Source: an uncultured Gammaproteobacteria bacterium (GTDB lineage Bacteria > Pseudomonadota > Gammaproteobacteria > Chromatiales > Chromatiaceae). From it: a DNA stretch of 64,000 nt. The notes below the pieces were generated by a model. The model was not told the DNA's origin and made no database searches. It saw only the letters and a program-made list of their open reading frames with translations. Below are positions 21,050 to 36,140 of this stretch, one piece after another. Every line of letters starts with the position of its first letter. Positions within the stretch are counted from its first letter, which is position 1. The DNA is taken from NCBI GenBank assembly GCA_963824085.1, contig CAWGNT010000026.1:32180-96179 (forward strand). Direction: 5' to 3'. Position numbers and translations under genes: made by a program.

Positions 21050-24000
21050 ATGGCCTATTCGTTCACCGAGAAGAAGCGCATTCGCAAAGACTTCGGGAAG
21101 CGTCCGACGATTTTGGACGTGCCCTTCCTGCTCGCGACGCAGATCGATTCCTATCGGGACTATCTTCAGGACCAAGTGCCTCCTGGCCAGCGCGCCGAGG
21201 TCGGTCTGCACGCTGCCTTTCGGAGTGTCTTCCCCATCGAGAGCTACTCCGGCAACGCGGTGTTGGAGTACGTCAGCTACCGCCTTGGTGAGCCGGCGTT
21301 CGACGTGCGTGAGTGCCACCTGCGCGGTGCAACCTACGCCGCGCCCTTGCGTGTGCTGCTTCGGTTGGTGATCTACGACAAGGAGGCACCTGCCGGCTCC
21401 AAGGTCGTCAAAGACATCAAGGAGCAAGAGGTCTACATGGGTGAGCTCCCGCTCATGACCGAGACCGGCACCTTCATTATCAACGGGACCGAGCGAGTGA
21501 TCGTCTCCCAGCTGCACCGCTCGCCCGGTGTCTTCTTCGATCACGACAAGGGCAAGACCCATTCCTCGGGCAAGCTCCTGTTCTCGGCCCGTGTGATCCC
21601 CTATCGCGGGTCCTGGCTGGACTTCGAGTTCGATCCCAAGGACAACGTCTTCGTGCGCATCGATCGCAGGCGCAAGCTACCTGCCACCATCCTGCTGCGC
21701 GGGCTTGGGTACAACACCGAGCAGATTCTCGAGCGTTTTTTCGACACGGATGTCTTTCACCTCACCTCCGACGCCATTGAGCTGGAGCTCGTGCCCGAGC
21801 GTCTGAGGGGCGAGACGGTAGGCTTTGATGTCGTCATCGGGGATGAGGTGCTGGTCGAATCCGGGCGACGCGTAACGGCGCGCCACATCCGCGAGCTTCA
21901 GAAGGGAGGCATAGAACGTCTCGCCGTGCCCGGCGAATTCGTAATTGGGCGTACGATTGCGCGCACCTTGGTGGATACGGACACCGGTGAGGTTCTAGCC
22001 GAAGCCAATGCGGTACTGACGGGCGAGTTGCTGGAGACCTTGCGCGAAAAGGGCGTGCAGCGGGTCGAGACCCTTTTCGTCAACGATCTAGATCACGGGC
22101 CCTACATCTCCGAGACACTCCGCATCGATCCGACCACCACCGATCTGGAGGCCCAGGTCGAGATCTACCGGATGATGCGCCCGGGCGAGCCGCCCACGAA
22201 GGAGGCGGCCCAGAACCTCTTTCACAACCTCTTTTTCGCCCCCGACCGCTACGATCTCTCCGCGGTCGGACGCATGAAATTCAACCGCCGTCTGGCGCGT
22301 GGGACGGAAGAGGGACCGGGAATCCTGTATGACGGCTGCTACTTCGGCGGCCGTACCGACGACCTCTCGCAGCAGCTCAATCGCGAGTACGCCGATACCT
22401 CCGATATCATCGATGCGCTCAAGGTGCTGGTTGAGCTGCGCAACGGCCGCGGCAGCGTGGACGACATCGACCACCTCGGCAATCGGCGCATTCGCTGCGT
22501 GGGGGAGATGGCGGAGAACCAGTTCCGCGTTGGCCTCGTGCGCGTCGAGCGCGCCGTCAAAGAGCGTCTCTCGCTCGCCGAGTCCGAGGGGCTGATGCCC
22601 CAGGAGCTCATCAACGCGAAGCCGGTGTCGGCGGCGATCAAGGAGTTCTTCGGTTCGAGCCAGCTCAGCCAGTTCATGGACCAGAACAACCCGCTCTCCG
22701 AGGTAACCCACAAGCGCCGCGTCTCGGCCCTTGGTCCGGGCGGTCTCGCGCGGGAGCGGGCCGGGTTCGAGGTGCGCGACGTGCATCCGACCCATTACGG
22801 CCGCGTCTGCCCGATCGAGACCCCTGAAGGCCCCAACATCGGCTTGATCAACTCGTTGGCGGTGTTCGCCCGCACCAACAAGTACGGATTCCTCGAAACA
22901 CCTTACCGGCGCGTCGAGGACGGGCGGGTGACCAACGACATCGAGTACCTCTCGGCGATCGAGGAGGGCAACTTCGTCATCGCCCAGGCGAACGCGACCC
23001 TGGACGGGGAGGGCAGGCTGGTGGATGCGCTGGTGTCTTGCCGCCACCAGAACGAGTTCACCCTGAAGGCGCCGGAGGAGGTCCAGTATATGGACGTCTC
23101 ACCCCGCCAGATCGTGTCCGTGGCTGCCTCACTGATTCCCTTCCTGGAGCACGACGACGCCAACCGTGCACTCATGGGCTCCAACATGCAGCGTCAGGCG
23201 GTACCCACTTTGCGCGCCGAGAAGCCGCTGGTAGGAACCGGCATGGAGCGGGTGGTGGCGGTCGACTCCGGTGTCACCGTGGTGGCGAAGCGCGGCGGCC
23301 TGGTGGAATCGGTGGATGCCGCGCGCATCGTGGTGCGGGTCAACGACGAGGAGGCAGTTCCGGGCGTCCCGGGTGTAGACATCTACAACCTGACCAAGTA
23401 CACGCGCTCCAATCAGAATACCTGCATCAATCAGCGGCCGCTGGTCAAACCCGGCGATGTCATTGCCCGCGGTGACGTATTGGCGGACGGACCCTCTACC
23501 GACATGGGTGAGCTGGCGCTGGGGCAGAATCTGCGCGTCGCCTTCATGCCTTGGAACGGCTACAACTTCGAGGACTCCATCCTCATCTCCGAGCGGGTGG
23601 TGAAGGAGGACCGCTTCACCAGCATCCACATCGAGGAGCTCACCTGTCTCGCCCGGGACACCAAGCTCGGACCGGAGGAGATCTCGGGGGACATCCCGAA
23701 CGTGGGCGAGGCAGCCCTATCGAAGCTCGACGAGTCCGGCATCGTCTACGTGGGCGCCGAGGTGCGCGACGGCGACATCCTGGTGGGGAAAGTCACCCCG
23801 AAGGGGGAGACTCAGCTGACACCGGAAGAGAAGCTGCTGCGGGCCATCTTCGGCGAAAAGGCTTCCGACGTGAAGGACACCTCGCTGCGGCTGCCGTCGG
23901 GCATGTCCGGTACCGTAGTCGATGTACAGGTCTTTACCCGCGACGGCGTGGAGAAGGACAAGCGGGCGCTCCAGATCGAGGAGCAGGAGCTCGAGCGAGT

Positions 24001-25204
24001 GCGCAAGGACCTCGCCGACCAGCTGCGCATAATGGAGAACGACACCTTCGACCGCGTCGAGCGGATGTTGATCGGCAAGACGGCCGACGGCGGTCCGCGC
24101 GGGCTCAAGGCCGGGGCCAAGATCAGCAAGACCTATCTGCACGATCTCGCCGACAGCGACGGCAAGGACAAGTGGCTCGAGATCCGCTTGCGAAGCGAGG
24201 ATTCAGCAGCGCAGCTCGAGGCGGTCGCGGGCCAGATCAAGCAGCAGCGCGAGGAGTTCCGCGAGCGGTTCGAGGCCAAGAGACGCAAGATTACGAGCGG
24301 TGACGACCTCGCTCCCGGCGTCCTCAAGATGGTGAAGGTCTACGTCGCCGTGAAGCGGCGCGTCCAACCGGGCGACAAGATGGCGGGCCGCCACGGGAAC
24401 AAGGGCGTTATCTCGATGATCGTACCAGTTGAGGACATGCCCTTCTCCGCCGATGGCGAGCCGGTGGACATCGTGCTCAACCCGCTCGGTGTTCCTTCCC
24501 GTATGAACGTCGGCCAGGTACTCGAGACCCATCTCGGCTGGGCCGCCAAGGGATTGGGCTACAAGATCGGTCAGATGCTCCAGGCGCATGCGGCGGTTAC
24601 GGAGCTGCGTGGGTACTTGGAGCAGATCTACAACGGAAGCGGGCGCAAGGAGGACCTAGCGACCCTGACCGAGGACGATCTGCTCGAATTATGCCGACAC
24701 CTGACCGCCGGGGTTCCGCTTGCGACCCCAGTCTTCGACGGCGCCTCGGAGGACGAGATTCGGGCCATGCTGCGTCTGGCCAGCCTGCCCGAGCACGGGC
24801 AGACCGTGCTTTTCGACGGCCGCACGGGTGATCCCTTCGAGCGGCCGGTGACGGTGGGCTATATGTACATGCTGAAGCTCAATCACCTGGTCGACGACAA
24901 GATGCACGCGCGCTCGACCGGTCCATACAGTCTGGTCACTCAGCAGCCTCTGGGTGGCAAGGCGCAGTTCGGTGGGCAGCGCTTCGGCGAGATGGAGGTA
25001 TGGGCGCTTGAGGCCTATGGAGCGGCCTACACCCTCCAGGAGATGCTCACGGTCAAGTCCGACGACGTGAACGGGCGCACTCGCATGTACAAGAACATCG
25101 TCGACGGAGATCACCGGATGGAGGCGGGTATGCCCGAGTCCTTCAACGTGCTGGTCAAGGAGATCCGCTCCCTGAGCATCAATGTGGAGTTGGAGCAGGA
25201 TTGA
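21050..25204 (+). CDS. rpoB: DNA-directed RNA polymerase subunit beta
   Basis: ORF 20951..25204. Start at ATG 21050 ([17 protein letters not shown]), preceded by GAGGAAAGG. Confidence 0.97.
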   Translation: MAYSFTEKKRIRKDFGKRPTILDVPFLLATQIDSYRDYLQDQVPPGQRAEVGLHAAFRSVFPIESYSGNAVLEYVSYRLGEPAFDVRECHLRGATYAAPLRVLLRLVIYDKEAPAGSKVVKDIKEQEVYMGELPLMTETGTFIINGTERVIVSQLHRSPGVFFDHDKGKTHSSGKLLFSARVIPYRGSWLDFEFDPKDNVFVRIDRRRKLPATILLRGLGYNTEQILERFFDTDVFHLTSDAIELELVPERLRGETVGFDVVIGDEVLVESGRRVTARHIRELQKGGIERLAVPGEFVIGRTIARTLVDTDTGEVLAEANAVLTGELLETLREKGVQRVETLFVNDLDHGPYISETLRIDPTTTDLEAQVEIYRMMRPGEPPTKEAAQNLFHNLFFAPDRYDLSAVGRMKFNRRLARGTEEGPGILYDGCYFGGRTDDLSQQLNREYADTSDIIDALKVLVELRNGRGSVDDIDHLGNRRIRCVGEMAENQFRVGLVRVERAVKERLSLAESEGLMPQELINAKPVSAAIKEFFGSSQLSQFMDQNNPLSEVTHKRRVSALGPGGLARERAGFEVRDVHPTHYGRVCPIETPEGPNIGLINSLAVFARTNKYGFLETPYRRVEDGRVTNDIEYLSAIEEGNFVIAQANATLDGEGRLVDALVSCRHQNEFTLKAPEEVQYMDVSPRQIVSVAASLIPFLEHDDANRALMGSNMQRQAVPTLRAEKPLVGTGMERVVAVDSGVTVVAKRGGLVESVDAARIVVRVNDEEAVPGVPGVDIYNLTKYTRSNQNTCINQRPLVKPGDVIARGDVLADGPSTDMGELALGQNLRVAFMPWNGYNFEDSILISERVVKEDRFTSIHIEELTCLARDTKLGPEEISGDIPNVGEAALSKLDESGIVYVGAEVRDGDILVGKVTPKGETQLTPEEKLLRAIFGEKASDVKDTSLRLPSGMSGTVVDVQVFTRDGVEKDKRALQIEEQELERVRKDLADQLRIMENDTFDRVERMLIGKTADGGPRGLKAGAKISKTYLHDLADSDGKDKWLEIRLRSEDSAAQLEAVAGQIKQQREEFRERFEAKRRKITSGDDLAPGVLKMVKVYVAVKRRVQPGDKMAGRHGNKGVISMIVPVEDMPFSADGEPVDIVLNPLGVPSRMNVGQVLETHLGWAAKGLGYKIGQMLQAHAAVTELRGYLEQIYNGSGRKEDLATLTEDDLLELCRHLTAGVPLATPVFDGASEDEIRAMLRLASLPEHGQTVLFDGRTGDPFERPVTVGYMYMLKLNHLVDDKMHARSTGPYSLVTQQPLGGKAQFGGQRFGEMEVWALEAYGAAYTLQEMLTVKSDDVNGRTRMYKNIVDGDHRMEAGMPESFNVLVKEIRSLSINVELEQD

Positions 25205-25274
25205 CTACATATGGTTTCGGTCTTCCTCGGCCTTCGGCCCTCGGCCGTAGCCCCTCTCCGCAGGAGACATTGCA

Positions 25275-28200
25275 TTGAAAGATTTACTCAAGATTCTGAA
25301 GCAGCAGGGTCAGGCGCTCGAGTTCGACGCCATCAAGATTGGCCTCGCATCGCCGGACATGATCCGGTCGTGGTCCTACGGCGAGGTCAAGAAGCCCGAG
25401 ACCATCAACTATCGGACGTTCAAGCCGGAGCGCGACGGACTGTTCTGCGCCAAGATCTTCGGGCCCATCAACGATTACGAGTGCCTGTGCGGCAAGTACA
25501 AGCGCCTGAAGCACCGTGGCGTGGTCTGTGAGAAGTGCGGCGTCGAGGTCACGCTGGCGAAGGTCCGCCGCGAGCGCATGGGGCACATCGATCTGGCGAG
25601 CCCGGTAGCCCATATCTGGTTCTTGAAGTCGCTGCCCTCCCGCATCGGGCTGCTGCTGGACATGACCCTGCGCGACATCGAGCGCATTCTCTACTTCGAG
25701 TCCTATGTCGTGGTCGATCCGGGGATGACCCAGCTAGAGCGGGGTCAGCTTCTGACCGACGAGCAATACTTGGAGGCCCTGGAGGAAAACGGCGACGAGT
25801 TCGATGCCCGCATGGGCGCAGAGGCCGTCTACGAGCTGCTGCGCACGCTCGACCTATCGGTCGAGATCCGCAAGATGCGCGAGGACATCGAGGGCACCAA
25901 CTCCGAGACCAAGATCAAGAAGCTAACCAAGCGCCTCAAGCTCGCCGAGTCGCTCGTGGAGTCCGGTAATCGGCCGGAGTGGATGATCCTCACCGTGCTG
26001 CCGGTCCTGCCCCCGGAGCTGCGACCTCTGGTGCCGCTGGACGGTGGGCGCTTCGCGACCTCGGACCTGAACGACCTCTACCGGCGTGTGATCAACCGCA
26101 ACAACCGCCTGAAGAGGCTGTTGGACCTGGTTGCCCCAGACATCATCGTGCGCAATGAAAAGCGCATGCTCCAGGAGTCGGTTGACGCCCTGCTGGACAA
26201 CGGCCGCCGTGGGCGTGCCATTACCGGCACCAACAAGCGCCCGCTCAAGTCCCTCGCGGACATGATCAAGGGCAAGCAGGGGCGCTTTCGCCAGAACCTG
26301 CTCGGCAAGCGCGTGGACTACTCGGGCCGCTCGGTGATCGTGGTGGGTCCGACCCTAAAGCTCCACCAGTGCGGGCTGCCCAAGCGCATGGCCCTCGAGC
26401 TCTTCAAGCCCTTCATCTTCAGCAAGCTGCAGCTGCGCGGGCTGGCCACTACCATCAAGGCGGCGAAGAAGATGGTGGAGCGCGGTGCCCCTGAGGTGTG
26501 GGACATCCTGGAAGAGGTCATTCGCGAGCACCCGGTTATGCTAAACCGTGCGCCGACCCTACACCGGTTGGGTATTCAGGGCTTCGAGCCGGTGCTGATC
26601 GAGGGCAAGGCGATCCAGCTGCATCCGCTGGTGTGTACCGCATTCAACGCGGACTTCGACGGCGACCAGATGGCCGTTCACGTGCCCCTGTCGCTGGAGG
26701 CCCAGCTGGAGGCTCGGGCACTCATGATGGCATCGAACAATATCCTTTCGCCGGCGAATGGCGAGCCCATCATTGTGCCCTCCCAGGACGTGGTGCTGGG
26801 ACTCTACTACATGACCCGCGAGCGAGTGGGCGTGCGCGGTGAAGGCAGGGTCTACTCCGGCATCCAGGAGGCTCGGCGAGCCTACGAGTCGGGTCACGCG
26901 GACTTGCATTCCCGCGCCAAGGTGCGCATCCGCGAGGTCCTGCTCGACGAGTCCGGACAGCGTCGGGAGGTAGTGAGTGTCAAGGACACGACGCTTGGTC
27001 GGGCACTGGTGTTCGATATCTTTCCGGATGGTCTTCCCTTCGAGCTTGCCAATCAGGCCCTCGGGAAGAAGCAGATCTCACGTCTGATCAACACCTGTTA
27101 TCGGGTGCTGGGCCTGAAGGAGACCGTGGTCTTTGCCGACCAGGTGATGTATCTCGGGTTTCGCATGGCCACTCGGGCCGGTATCTCCATCGGCCTTGAG
27201 GATATGGCGGTACCCGAAGAGAAGGCGGAGATTCTCGCGCGTGCCGAAACGGAGGTGAAGGAGATCGAGGAGCAGTACGCCTCGGGTCTCGTCACCAATG
27301 GGGAGCGCTACAACAAGGTGGTGGACATCTGGTCGCACACCAACGATCAGGTTGCGAAGGCGATGATGGGCAAGCTCGGTAAGGACCGGCTGGTCGATCG
27401 CGACGGGAAGGAGGTCGAGCAAGATTCCTTCAACTCGATCTACATGATGGCCGACTCGGGCGCCCGCGGCTCGGCGGCACAGATTCGGCAGTTGGCCGGC
27501 ATGCGCGGACTGATGGCGAAGCCGGACGGCTCGATCATCGAGACCCCCATTACGGCGAACTTCCGCGAGGGGCTCAACGTCATCCAGTACTTCATCTCCA
27601 CCCATGGTGCTCGTAAGGGTCTCGCCGACACGGCCCTCAAGACTGCCAACTCCGGCTACCTGACCCGACGTCTGGTAGACGTGGCTCAGGACATGGTGGT
27701 CCTGGAGCAGGACTGCGGCACGGAGGATGGGCTGCTCATGGCGCCGATCATCGAGGGCGGCGATGTGGTGGAGCCTTTGCGTGAGCGCATTCTCGGTCGC
27801 GTGACGGCGCTCGACGTTTACAAGCCCGGGACCGACGAGGTGTTCTGTCCCGCCAGCACACTCCTCGACGAGGGCTGGGTGAAAGATCTCGAGAGCGCCG
27901 GTATCGACCAGGTACGGGTGCGCTCTCCGATCGCCTGCGAGGCCCGGGTCGGCGTGTGCGCACAGTGCTACGGCCGCGACCTGGCGCGCGGCTATCGGGT
28001 CAATATGGGTGAGGCGGTCGGTGTGATTGCCGCCCAGTCCATTGGCGAGCCGGGTACTCAGCTCACGATGCGCACCTTCCACATCGGGGGTGCGGCGTCC
28101 CGCGCGGCGGCGGTCAACAGCATCGAGATCAAGTCAGCCGGGTCGGTACGGCTGCACAACATCAAGACGGTGCAGCACGGGAGCGGCAACCTGGTTGCGG

Positions 28201-29501
28201 TATCTCGTTCGGGGGAGCTGACCGTGGTCGATGATCTGGGCCTTGAAAAGGAGCGCTACAAGGTGCCTTACGGCGCAACGCTGCGTGTTGCCGACGGCGA
28301 TCACGTCAGGGGCGGCCAGATCGTCGCCACATGGGATCCGCACACCCACCCGGTCGTGACCGAGGTGGCAGGCTCCTTGCGCTTCGAGGATTTCATCGAT
28401 GGCGTCACCGTTCAGGGGCAGACGGACGAGGTGACCGGATTGACATCGCTCGTCGTGATCGATCCCAAGCAGCGTCCAACGGCAGGCAAGGATTTGCGCC
28501 CGATGGTGAAGCTTCTCGACGAGAACGAGCAGGAGCTCAACATCGCCGGCACTGATATGCCCGCCCGCTACTTCTTGCCGTCGGGCGCTATCGTCAGCCT
28601 GGCGGACGGTACCCGAGTCGGGGTCGGTGACGTCCTCGCGCGCATTCCGCAGGAGTCGAGCAAGACGCGCGACATCACCGGCGGTCTGCCGCGGGTTGCC
28701 GACCTCTTCGAGGCGAGAAAACCGAAGGATCCGGCACTGCTCGCAGAGGCCTCCGGCACCATTAGCTTCGGCAAGGACACGAAGGGCAAGCAACGGCTCA
28801 TCATCACGACGGACGACGGTGAGGCGGTGGAAGAGCTGATCCCCAAGTGGCGCCACGTGAACGTCTTCGAGGGCGAGCGCGTGGAGAGGGGCGAGATGAT
28901 CTCGGACGGCGAGCTCAACCTGCACGACATCCTGCGCCTCAAGGGGGTGACAGAGCTCGCCGAGTACCTGGTGAAGGAGATCCAGGACGTATACCGCCTG
29001 CAAGGCGTCAAGATAAACGACAAGCACATCGAGGTTATCGTGCGCCAAATGCTGCGCAAGGTGGAGGTCACGGACCCGGGCGATACCAAGCTCCTGCGCG
29101 GCGAGCAGGCAGAGCACTCGGCGGTTCTCGCCGAGAACGAGCGGGTGCAGGCGGAAGACAAGTATCCGGCAAAGTTCCAGCCGCTGCTGCTGGGGATAAC
29201 CAAGGCGTCTCTCGCGACGGAGTCGTTTATCTCCGCCGCCTCCTTCCAGGAGACCACGCGCGTGCTCACGGAAGCAGCGGTGCGCGGGTCTACGGACCGC
29301 CTCAACGGCCTAAAGGAGAATGTCATCGTGGGCCGTCTCATTCCGGCCGGTACGGGCCTTTCATCCCATAGCGAGCGGCGTCGCCGCCGACAGGCGGAGC
29401 GCGAGCTGGAATCCGAGACGCAGGGTCGGGTCGAGATGGCCGCGGAGGATCTGGAGCAGGCCCTCAAGCAGGCCCTCAATACCTCCGAGGCAGGAGGCTG
29501 A
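25275..29501 (+). CDS. rpoC: DNA-directed RNA polymerase subunit beta-prime
   Basis: TTG start gives MKDLLKILK...[32 protein letters not shown]; catalytic NADFDGD present. Confidence 0.97.
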   Translation: MKDLLKILKQQGQALEFDAIKIGLASPDMIRSWSYGEVKKPETINYRTFKPERDGLFCAKIFGPINDYECLCGKYKRLKHRGVVCEKCGVEVTLAKVRRERMGHIDLASPVAHIWFLKSLPSRIGLLLDMTLRDIERILYFESYVVVDPGMTQLERGQLLTDEQYLEALEENGDEFDARMGAEAVYELLRTLDLSVEIRKMREDIEGTNSETKIKKLTKRLKLAESLVESGNRPEWMILTVLPVLPPELRPLVPLDGGRFATSDLNDLYRRVINRNNRLKRLLDLVAPDIIVRNEKRMLQESVDALLDNGRRGRAITGTNKRPLKSLADMIKGKQGRFRQNLLGKRVDYSGRSVIVVGPTLKLHQCGLPKRMALELFKPFIFSKLQLRGLATTIKAAKKMVERGAPEVWDILEEVIREHPVMLNRAPTLHRLGIQGFEPVLIEGKAIQLHPLVCTAFNADFDGDQMAVHVPLSLEAQLEARALMMASNNILSPANGEPIIVPSQDVVLGLYYMTRERVGVRGEGRVYSGIQEARRAYESGHADLHSRAKVRIREVLLDESGQRREVVSVKDTTLGRALVFDIFPDGLPFELANQALGKKQISRLINTCYRVLGLKETVVFADQVMYLGFRMATRAGISIGLEDMAVPEEKAEILARAETEVKEIEEQYASGLVTNGERYNKVVDIWSHTNDQVAKAMMGKLGKDRLVDRDGKEVEQDSFNSIYMMADSGARGSAAQIRQLAGMRGLMAKPDGSIIETPITANFREGLNVIQYFISTHGARKGLADTALKTANSGYLTRRLVDVAQDMVVLEQDCGTEDGLLMAPIIEGGDVVEPLRERILGRVTALDVYKPGTDEVFCPASTLLDEGWVKDLESAGIDQVRVRSPIACEARVGVCAQCYGRDLARGYRVNMGEAVGVIAAQSIGEPGTQLTMRTFHIGGAASRAAAVNSIEIKSAGSVRLHNIKTVQHGSGNLVAVSRSGELTVVDDLGLEKERYKVPYGATLRVADGDHVRGGQIVATWDPHTHPVVTEVAGSLRFEDFIDGVTVQGQTDEVTGLTSLVVIDPKQRPTAGKDLRPMVKLLDENEQELNIAGTDMPARYFLPSGAIVSLADGTRVGVGDVLARIPQESSKTRDITGGLPRVADLFEARKPKDPALLAEASGTISFGKDTKGKQRLIITTDDGEAVEELIPKWRHVNVFEGERVERGEMISDGELNLHDILRLKGVTELAEYLVKEIQDVYRLQGVKINDKHIEVIVRQMLRKVEVTDPGDTKLLRGEQAEHSAVLAENERVQAEDKYPAKFQPLLLGITKASLATESFISAASFQETTRVLTEAAVRGSTDRLNGLKENVIVGRLIPAGTGLSSHSERRRRRQAERELESETQGRVEMAAEDLEQALKQALNTSEAGG

Positions 29502-29702
29502 GGGTAGCCACCAGCTTCCAGCCGCCAGCCTCCAGCGGGCAGCACCGCTCGGGGGCCTGCAGCGGCTGGAGCAAGGTCGCACCCTTGAGGTCGGAATTGG
29601 GCGGATGCCTCGCATGTTGGGTGCCTGCACGGGATGCGGTCTGGCGCGGCAACGGGGTTGCCCGCCGACCACTATGCGTTATCGTTTGACGGTTCGTCCC
29701 CG

Positions 29703-29731
29703 TTGACACTCCATAACGCCGTCCTTATACT
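29703..29731 (+). promoter_or_regulatory. candidate sigma-70 promoter of the str operon
   Basis: Consensus TTGACA (29703-29708), 17-nt spacer, TATACT (29726-29731). Implies a leader of about 190 nt before rpsL. Confidence 0.6.
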
Positions 29732-29926
29732 GCCGCGTCTTAGCTCAGCCGGCTTAGTGCCGGCTTGATTGTTTCCTGGGCCGGGCGAGTCATCGTCAGG
29801 TCACCCTCTGGGTCTACCGCGAGAGGCGTGAGCCCGCCGCCGACTGGTGGCTTTGCGGCCAATCGTCTGCTTGCCTCTCGGTCCGTTCGAGTCGAAGGCG
29901 CGAAGGCGCCGGTGGAGATCGTTTGC

Positions 29927-30301
29927 ATGGCCACAGTAAACCAACTGGTGCGTAAGCCGCGGAAGCGGAGGGTCGTGAAGAGCGCAGTCCCCGCGCTGGA
30001 GTCGTGCCCGCAGAAGCGCGGGGTCTGCACGCGCGTTTATACGACGACGCCGAAGAAGCCGAACTCGGCGCTCCGCAAGGTGGCACGTGTCCGCCTCACC
30101 AACGGTTTCGAGGTGACGTCCTACATCGGCGGAGAGGGACACAACCTGCAGGAGCACTCCGTGGTGCTGATCCGGGGTGGGCGCGTCAAGGACTTGCCGG
30201 GTGTGCGCTATCACACCGTTCGGGGCACCCTGGATACGTCCGGTGTCGACAAGCGCCGCCAAGGGCGGTCCAAGTACGGCGCCAAGCGACCCAAGAGCTG
30301 A
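29927..30301 (+). CDS. rpsL: 30S ribosomal protein S12
   Basis: ORF 29765..30301. True start at ATG 29927 ([13 protein letters not shown]); 124 aa. Confidence 0.97.
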   Translation: MATVNQLVRKPRKRRVVKSAVPALESCPQKRGVCTRVYTTTPKKPNSALRKVARVRLTNGFEVTSYIGGEGHNLQEHSVVLIRGGRVKDLPGVRYHTVRGTLDTSGVDKRRQGRSKYGAKRPKS

Positions 30302-30335
30302 CTGTTAGTAAGTCCAAGCCCTGGAGCCTTCAGAA

Positions 30336-30806
30336 ATGCCGAGAAGACGCATAGTGTCCCGCCGCCAGGTGCTACCGGATCCGAAGTTCGGGAGCGATCT
30401 GCTGGCCAAGTTTATCAACATGCTCATGGAAGACGGCAAGAAGTCGGTCGCCGAGCGGATCATTTACGGGGCGTTGGACCAGGTGGCGGACAAGAAAGGC
30501 GGGGAGCCGCTCGAGTTCCTCCACCAGGCAATGGAGAACGTCCGCCCGGTGGTCGAGGTCAAATCTCGGCGCGTCGGCGGGGCCACCTATCAGGTGCCCG
30601 TGGAGGTGCGTCCCACGCGCCGCAACTCGCTGGCGATGCGCTGGCTCATCGACGCGGCGAGCAAACGCTCGGAAAAGTCCATGGCCCTGCGGCTCGCCGG
30701 AGAGCTCATGGATGCAGCGGATTCCCGGGGCTCCGCGGTGAAGAAGAAGGAAGATACCCATCGCATGGCGGAGGCCAACAAGGCCTTCTCCCATTATCGT
30801 TGGTGA
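30336..30806 (+). CDS. rpsG: 30S ribosomal protein S7
   Basis: [20 protein letters not shown]...; 156 aa. Confidence 0.97.
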   Translation: MPRRRIVSRRQVLPDPKFGSDLLAKFINMLMEDGKKSVAERIIYGALDQVADKKGGEPLEFLHQAMENVRPVVEVKSRRVGGATYQVPVEVRPTRRNSLAMRWLIDAASKRSEKSMALRLAGELMDAADSRGSAVKKKEDTHRMAEANKAFSHYRW

Positions 30807-30848
30807 CGACCCTCAAGGGTTCTCCATTGATTCAGGGCGGTTAAGGTC

Positions 30849-32942
30849 GTGGCACGCAGTACACCAATCGAGCGCTATCGTAACGTTGGCATCATGGCGC
30901 ATATCGATGCCGGCAAGACCACCACAACCGAGCGCGTCCTCTTCTATACCGGCGTCTCCCACAAGATCGGTGAGGTACACGACGGCGCCGCCACCATGGA
31001 TTGGATGGAGCAGGAGCAAGAGCGTGGGATCACCATCACGTCGGCAGCGACCACCTGCTTCTGGAAGGGCATGGACCTGCAGCATCCGGAGCATCGCATC
31101 AACATCATCGATACGCCCGGCCACGTGGACTTCACCATCGAGGTGGAGCGCTCGCTGCGGGTACTCGATGGCGCGTGTGCGGTCTTCTGCGCGGTGGGTG
31201 GTGTCGAGCCGCAGTCCGAGACTGTCTGGCGGCAGGCCGACAAGTACAGGGTTCCACGGCTTGCCTTCGTCAACAAGATGGACCGCGTCGGCGCCAATTT
31301 TCTGAGGGTGGTCGAACAGGTCAAGCAGCGTCTGGGCAGCTATGCCGTGCCGGTCCAGCTCCCCATCGGCGCGGAGGACCAGTTCAAAGGCGTCGTCGAC
31401 CTGGTACGCATGAAGGCCGTCTACTGGGACGACGAGTCCAAAGGAATTCGATACGACCTCAAGGACATCCCCGCCGACATGCTCGACGAGTGTAACGAGT
31501 GGCGCGAGCTGATGGTGGAGGCAGCCGCGGAGGCCAACGAGGAGCTGATGGAAAAGTACCTCGAAGGTGGCGAGTTGAGTACCGAAGAGATCAAGGAGGG
31601 CCTGCGCGAGCGCACCCTGCGGGTTGAAATCGTGCCCATGCTGTGCGGTTCTGCTTTCAAGAACAAGGGCGTGCAGGCCATGCTCGATGCGATGATCGAT
31701 TACCTTCCGTCGCCGACGGAGGTGCCGCCGATCCGCGGGATGCTGGAAAACGGTGAGACGGAGGCGTCGCGCCCGTCGAAGGACGACGCACCCTTCGCTG
31801 CGCTTGCTTTCAAGATTGCGACCGATCCGTATGTCGGCACCCTGACCTTCTTCCGGGTCTATTCCGGGGTGCTGCGCTCAGGTGACAGCGTCCACAACCC
31901 GGTCAAGGGCAAGCGGGAGCGCATCGGCCGCATCCTCCAGATGCACGCCAACGACCGTAAGGAGATCAAGGAGGTGCGGGCCGGAGATATTGCGGCGGCG
32001 GTCGGGCTAAAGGACGTGACTACGGGCGACACCCTGTGCGCTCAGGACCACGTGATTACGCTGGAGCGGATGGAGTTCCCGGACCCCGTCATCTCGGTTG
32101 CCGTGGAGCCCAAGAGCAAGCGCGACCAGGAGAAGATGGGCATGGCGCTGTCCAAGCTCGCCCAGGAAGATCCCTCGTTTCGGGTCCGCACCGACGAGGA
32201 GTCGGGACAGACCATCATCTCCGGCATGGGCGAGCTCCACCTGGAGATCATCGTTGACCGCATGAAGCGGGAGTTCAGCGTCGAGGCCAACGTGGGCGCG
32301 CCCCAGGTCAGCTACCGCGAGACCATTCGCACCAAGCTCGAGCAGGAGGGCAAGTTCGTCCGCCAGTCGGGCGGCCGGGGCCAGTACGGCCACGTGTACT
32401 TGCGCCTGGAGCCCCAGGAGCCCGGCGCTGGATACGAGTTCGTCAACGAGATCGTCGGCGGAGTCGTGCCCAAGGAGTATATCCCAGCGGTAGACAAGGG
32501 AATTAAGGAGGCCATGATGAGCGGAGTGCTTGCGGGCTTCCCCATGGTGGACATCAAGGTCGCGCTCTACGACGGGTCGTACCACGAGGTGGACTCGAGC
32601 GAGATGGCCTTCAAGATCGCTGGCTCCATGTGCTTCAAGGAGGCTGCGCGCAAGGCCAAGCCCGTCCTGCTGGAGCCCATCATGAAGGTCGAGGTAGTGA
32701 CGCCTGAGGATTTCATGGGTGATGTCATGGGAGACCTCAACAGCCGCCGCGGCATGATCCAGGGTATGGAAGACGCGCCTGCCGGGAAGATCATCCGGGC
32801 CGAGGTCCCGCTCGCCGAGATGTTCGGCTACGCCACGGATTTGCGCTCGGCGACCCAGGGTCGTGCCACCTACAGCATGGAGTTCGGCAAGTACAACGAG
32901 GTCCCGGCCAGCATCGCCGAGGCCATTGCCAAGAGACAGTAA
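30849..32942 (+). CDS. fusA: elongation factor G
   Basis: GTG start; 697 aa with [17 protein letters not shown] and DTPGHVDF. Confidence 0.97.
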   Translation: MARSTPIERYRNVGIMAHIDAGKTTTTERVLFYTGVSHKIGEVHDGAATMDWMEQEQERGITITSAATTCFWKGMDLQHPEHRINIIDTPGHVDFTIEVERSLRVLDGACAVFCAVGGVEPQSETVWRQADKYRVPRLAFVNKMDRVGANFLRVVEQVKQRLGSYAVPVQLPIGAEDQFKGVVDLVRMKAVYWDDESKGIRYDLKDIPADMLDECNEWRELMVEAAAEANEELMEKYLEGGELSTEEIKEGLRERTLRVEIVPMLCGSAFKNKGVQAMLDAMIDYLPSPTEVPPIRGMLENGETEASRPSKDDAPFAALAFKIATDPYVGTLTFFRVYSGVLRSGDSVHNPVKGKRERIGRILQMHANDRKEIKEVRAGDIAAAVGLKDVTTGDTLCAQDHVITLERMEFPDPVISVAVEPKSKRDQEKMGMALSKLAQEDPSFRVRTDEESGQTIISGMGELHLEIIVDRMKREFSVEANVGAPQVSYRETIRTKLEQEGKFVRQSGGRGQYGHVYLRLEPQEPGAGYEFVNEIVGGVVPKEYIPAVDKGIKEAMMSGVLAGFPMVDIKVALYDGSYHEVDSSEMAFKIAGSMCFKEAARKAKPVLLEPIMKVEVVTPEDFMGDVMGDLNSRRGMIQGMEDAPAGKIIRAEVPLAEMFGYATDLRSATQGRATYSMEFGKYNEVPASIAEAIAKRQ

Positions 32943-32964
32943 TCAGCGTCGAGGATAGAGCGGG

Positions 32965-34155
<1,191 letters not shown>

Positions 34156-34160
34156 GTACC

Positions 34161-34472
34161 ATGGCAAATCAGAGAATACGGATCCGCCTCAAGGCGTTCG
34201 ATCATCGGCTGATCGATCAGTCCGCGCGCGAGATCGTCGATACAGCGAAGCGCACTGGCGCCCAGGTACGGGGGCCCGTGCCGCTGCCGTCCAAAAAGGA
34301 GCGGTTTACCGTGCTCGTCTCTCCGCACGTCAACAAGGACGCCCGCGACCAGTACGAGCTGCGGACCCACAAGCGCCTCATGGATATCGTCGACCCGACA
34401 GACAAGACGGTGGATGCACTGATGAAGCTCGACTTGGCCGCGGGCGTCGACGTCCAGATCAAGCTGAGCTGA
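34161..34472 (+). CDS. rpsJ: 30S ribosomal protein S10
   Basis: [21 protein letters not shown]. Confidence 0.97.
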   Translation: MANQRIRIRLKAFDHRLIDQSAREIVDTAKRTGAQVRGPVPLPSKKERFTVLVSPHVNKDARDQYELRTHKRLMDIVDPTDKTVDALMKLDLAAGVDVQIKLS

Positions 34473-34482
34473 GGTAACGACG

Positions 34483-35130
34483 ATGTCGATTGGTGTGATC
34501 GGACGCAAGGCCGGGATGACGCGGGTGTTCACGGAAGAAGGGGCGACAGTGCCCGTGACCGTCATCGAGGTTCCACCGAACCGCGTGAGCCAGCTCAAGA
34601 CTGAGGAGACCGACGGGTACCGTGCCCTTCAGGTGACTGCCGGCGCGCGCAGGGCGTCGCGGGTGACCAAGCCGATGGCAGGCCACTTTCGCAAGGCGGG
34701 CGTGGAGGCCGGTCAATACATCCACGAGTTTCGCCTTGCCGCGGACGAAGGTGCGGACCTGGGAAACGGTGCGGAGATTGGGGTGTCGCTTTTTGCGCCC
34801 GGGCAAAAGGTCGATGTCCGGGGGGTGACGAAGGGCCGGGGATTTGCGGGTGTTATCCGTCGCCATCACTTCCGATCGCAAGACGCTACCCACGGCAACT
34901 CCCTGTCCCATCGGGCACCGGGCTCGATCGGCCAGAACCAGAGTCCCGGGCGCGTGTTCAAAGGTAAGCGGATGGCCGGGCACTTGGGTGATGCCGCTCG
35001 TTGCCAACAGAATCTCGAAGTGTTTCGAGTCGATGCCGACCGCAACCTGCTGCTTGTGCGCGGAGCCGTTCCAGGTCCCAGCGGCGGACGGCTGATCGTG
35101 GTGCCGTCCGTGAAACAGAAGAAGGGTTGA
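34483..35130 (+). CDS. rplC: 50S ribosomal protein L3
   Basis: [20 protein letters not shown]; canonical S10-operon order. Confidence 0.97.
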   Translation: MSIGVIGRKAGMTRVFTEEGATVPVTVIEVPPNRVSQLKTEETDGYRALQVTAGARRASRVTKPMAGHFRKAGVEAGQYIHEFRLAADEGADLGNGAEIGVSLFAPGQKVDVRGVTKGRGFAGVIRRHHFRSQDATHGNSLSHRAPGSIGQNQSPGRVFKGKRMAGHLGDAARCQQNLEVFRVDADRNLLLVRGAVPGPSGGRLIVVPSVKQKKG

Positions 35131-35136
35131 TCAGTC

Positions 35137-35745
35137 ATGGAGCTCGTAGTTCGCAGCGAGAGCGGGGGAACCGTGCAGGTCTCCGATGCGGTGTTCGGCG
35201 CCGAACTCAGGCCGGCCCTCGTACATCAGGTGGTGACCGCCTATATGGCCGGTGCACGCGCCGGGACCAAGGCCCAGAAGAACCGCGCGAGCGTGAGCGG
35301 CGGGGGCGCCAAGCCCTGGAGACAAAAGGGTACGGGACGCGCGCGAGCCGGTACCACTCGCGGGCCTCTGTGGCGGGGTGGCGGCCGCGCGTTCGCGGCG
35401 TCCCCACGTAGCTTTGAACAGAAGGTCAACCGCAAGATGTACCGCGGGGCGGTCCGCGCCATCCTATCGGAGCTGGCCCGCCAAGAGCGGTTGGTGGTGG
35501 TCCCCGACCTCTCGGTCGAGGCGCCGAAGACCAAGACGCTGGTGGCGAAGCTGCGGGCGCTTGGCGTATCCGACACGCTCATATTGACCGAGGGTTTCCA
35601 GGAATCCCTGCTCCTTGCTTCCCGCAACCTTCCGGGTGTGGATGTCTTGACCGTGCAAGAGGTCGACCCGGTGAGCCTGATCGCATTCGAGCATGTGGTG
35701 GTCACCGAAGCGGCGGTGAAGAGGCTTGAGGAGCGCCTGGTATGA
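35137..35745 (+). CDS. rplD: 50S ribosomal protein L4
   Basis: 202 aa containing [14 protein letters not shown]. Confidence 0.95.
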   Translation: MELVVRSESGGTVQVSDAVFGAELRPALVHQVVTAYMAGARAGTKAQKNRASVSGGGAKPWRQKGTGRARAGTTRGPLWRGGGRAFAASPRSFEQKVNRKMYRGAVRAILSELARQERLVVVPDLSVEAPKTKTLVAKLRALGVSDTLILTEGFQESLLLASRNLPGVDVLTVQEVDPVSLIAFEHVVVTEAAVKRLEERLV

Positions 35746-36038
35746 ACGAAGATCGGCTGATGCAGGTCCTGTTGGGCCCCGTGGTTTCCGAGAAGGCGGC
35801 TGCCGCGGCGGAGGCAAGTGGACAATACACGTTCCGCGTCCTCCCGGACGCGACCAAGCCGGAGATCGGACGCGCCGTGGAGTCCTTGTTCGGTGTCGAG
35901 GTCGACCATGTACAGGTCGTCAACGTGAAGGGTAAGCGCAAGCGCTTCGGACAGCGGTACGGCAAGCGGAAGGACTGGCGCAAGGCTTACGTTCGGCTCA
36001 AGGCCGGTCACGAGATCGACTTCGGGGGCGGCGCTTAG
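35742..36038 (+). CDS. rplW: 50S ribosomal protein L23
   Basis: 98 aa; S10-operon position; 4-nt overlap with rplD. Confidence 0.95.
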   Translation: MNEDRLMQVLLGPVVSEKAAAAAEASGQYTFRVLPDATKPEIGRAVESLFGVEVDHVQVVNVKGKRKRFGQRYGKRKDWRKAYVRLKAGHEIDFGGGA

Positions 36039-36140
36039 GGCTGAAGGATCGATTACACCGCCCGTCGCCCTTTTGACGGCCAGCCTGGCTGGAGAAGTGT
36101 TCGGTGGCGGCGAGGAATCATCTGATTTGGACGACGCAAG

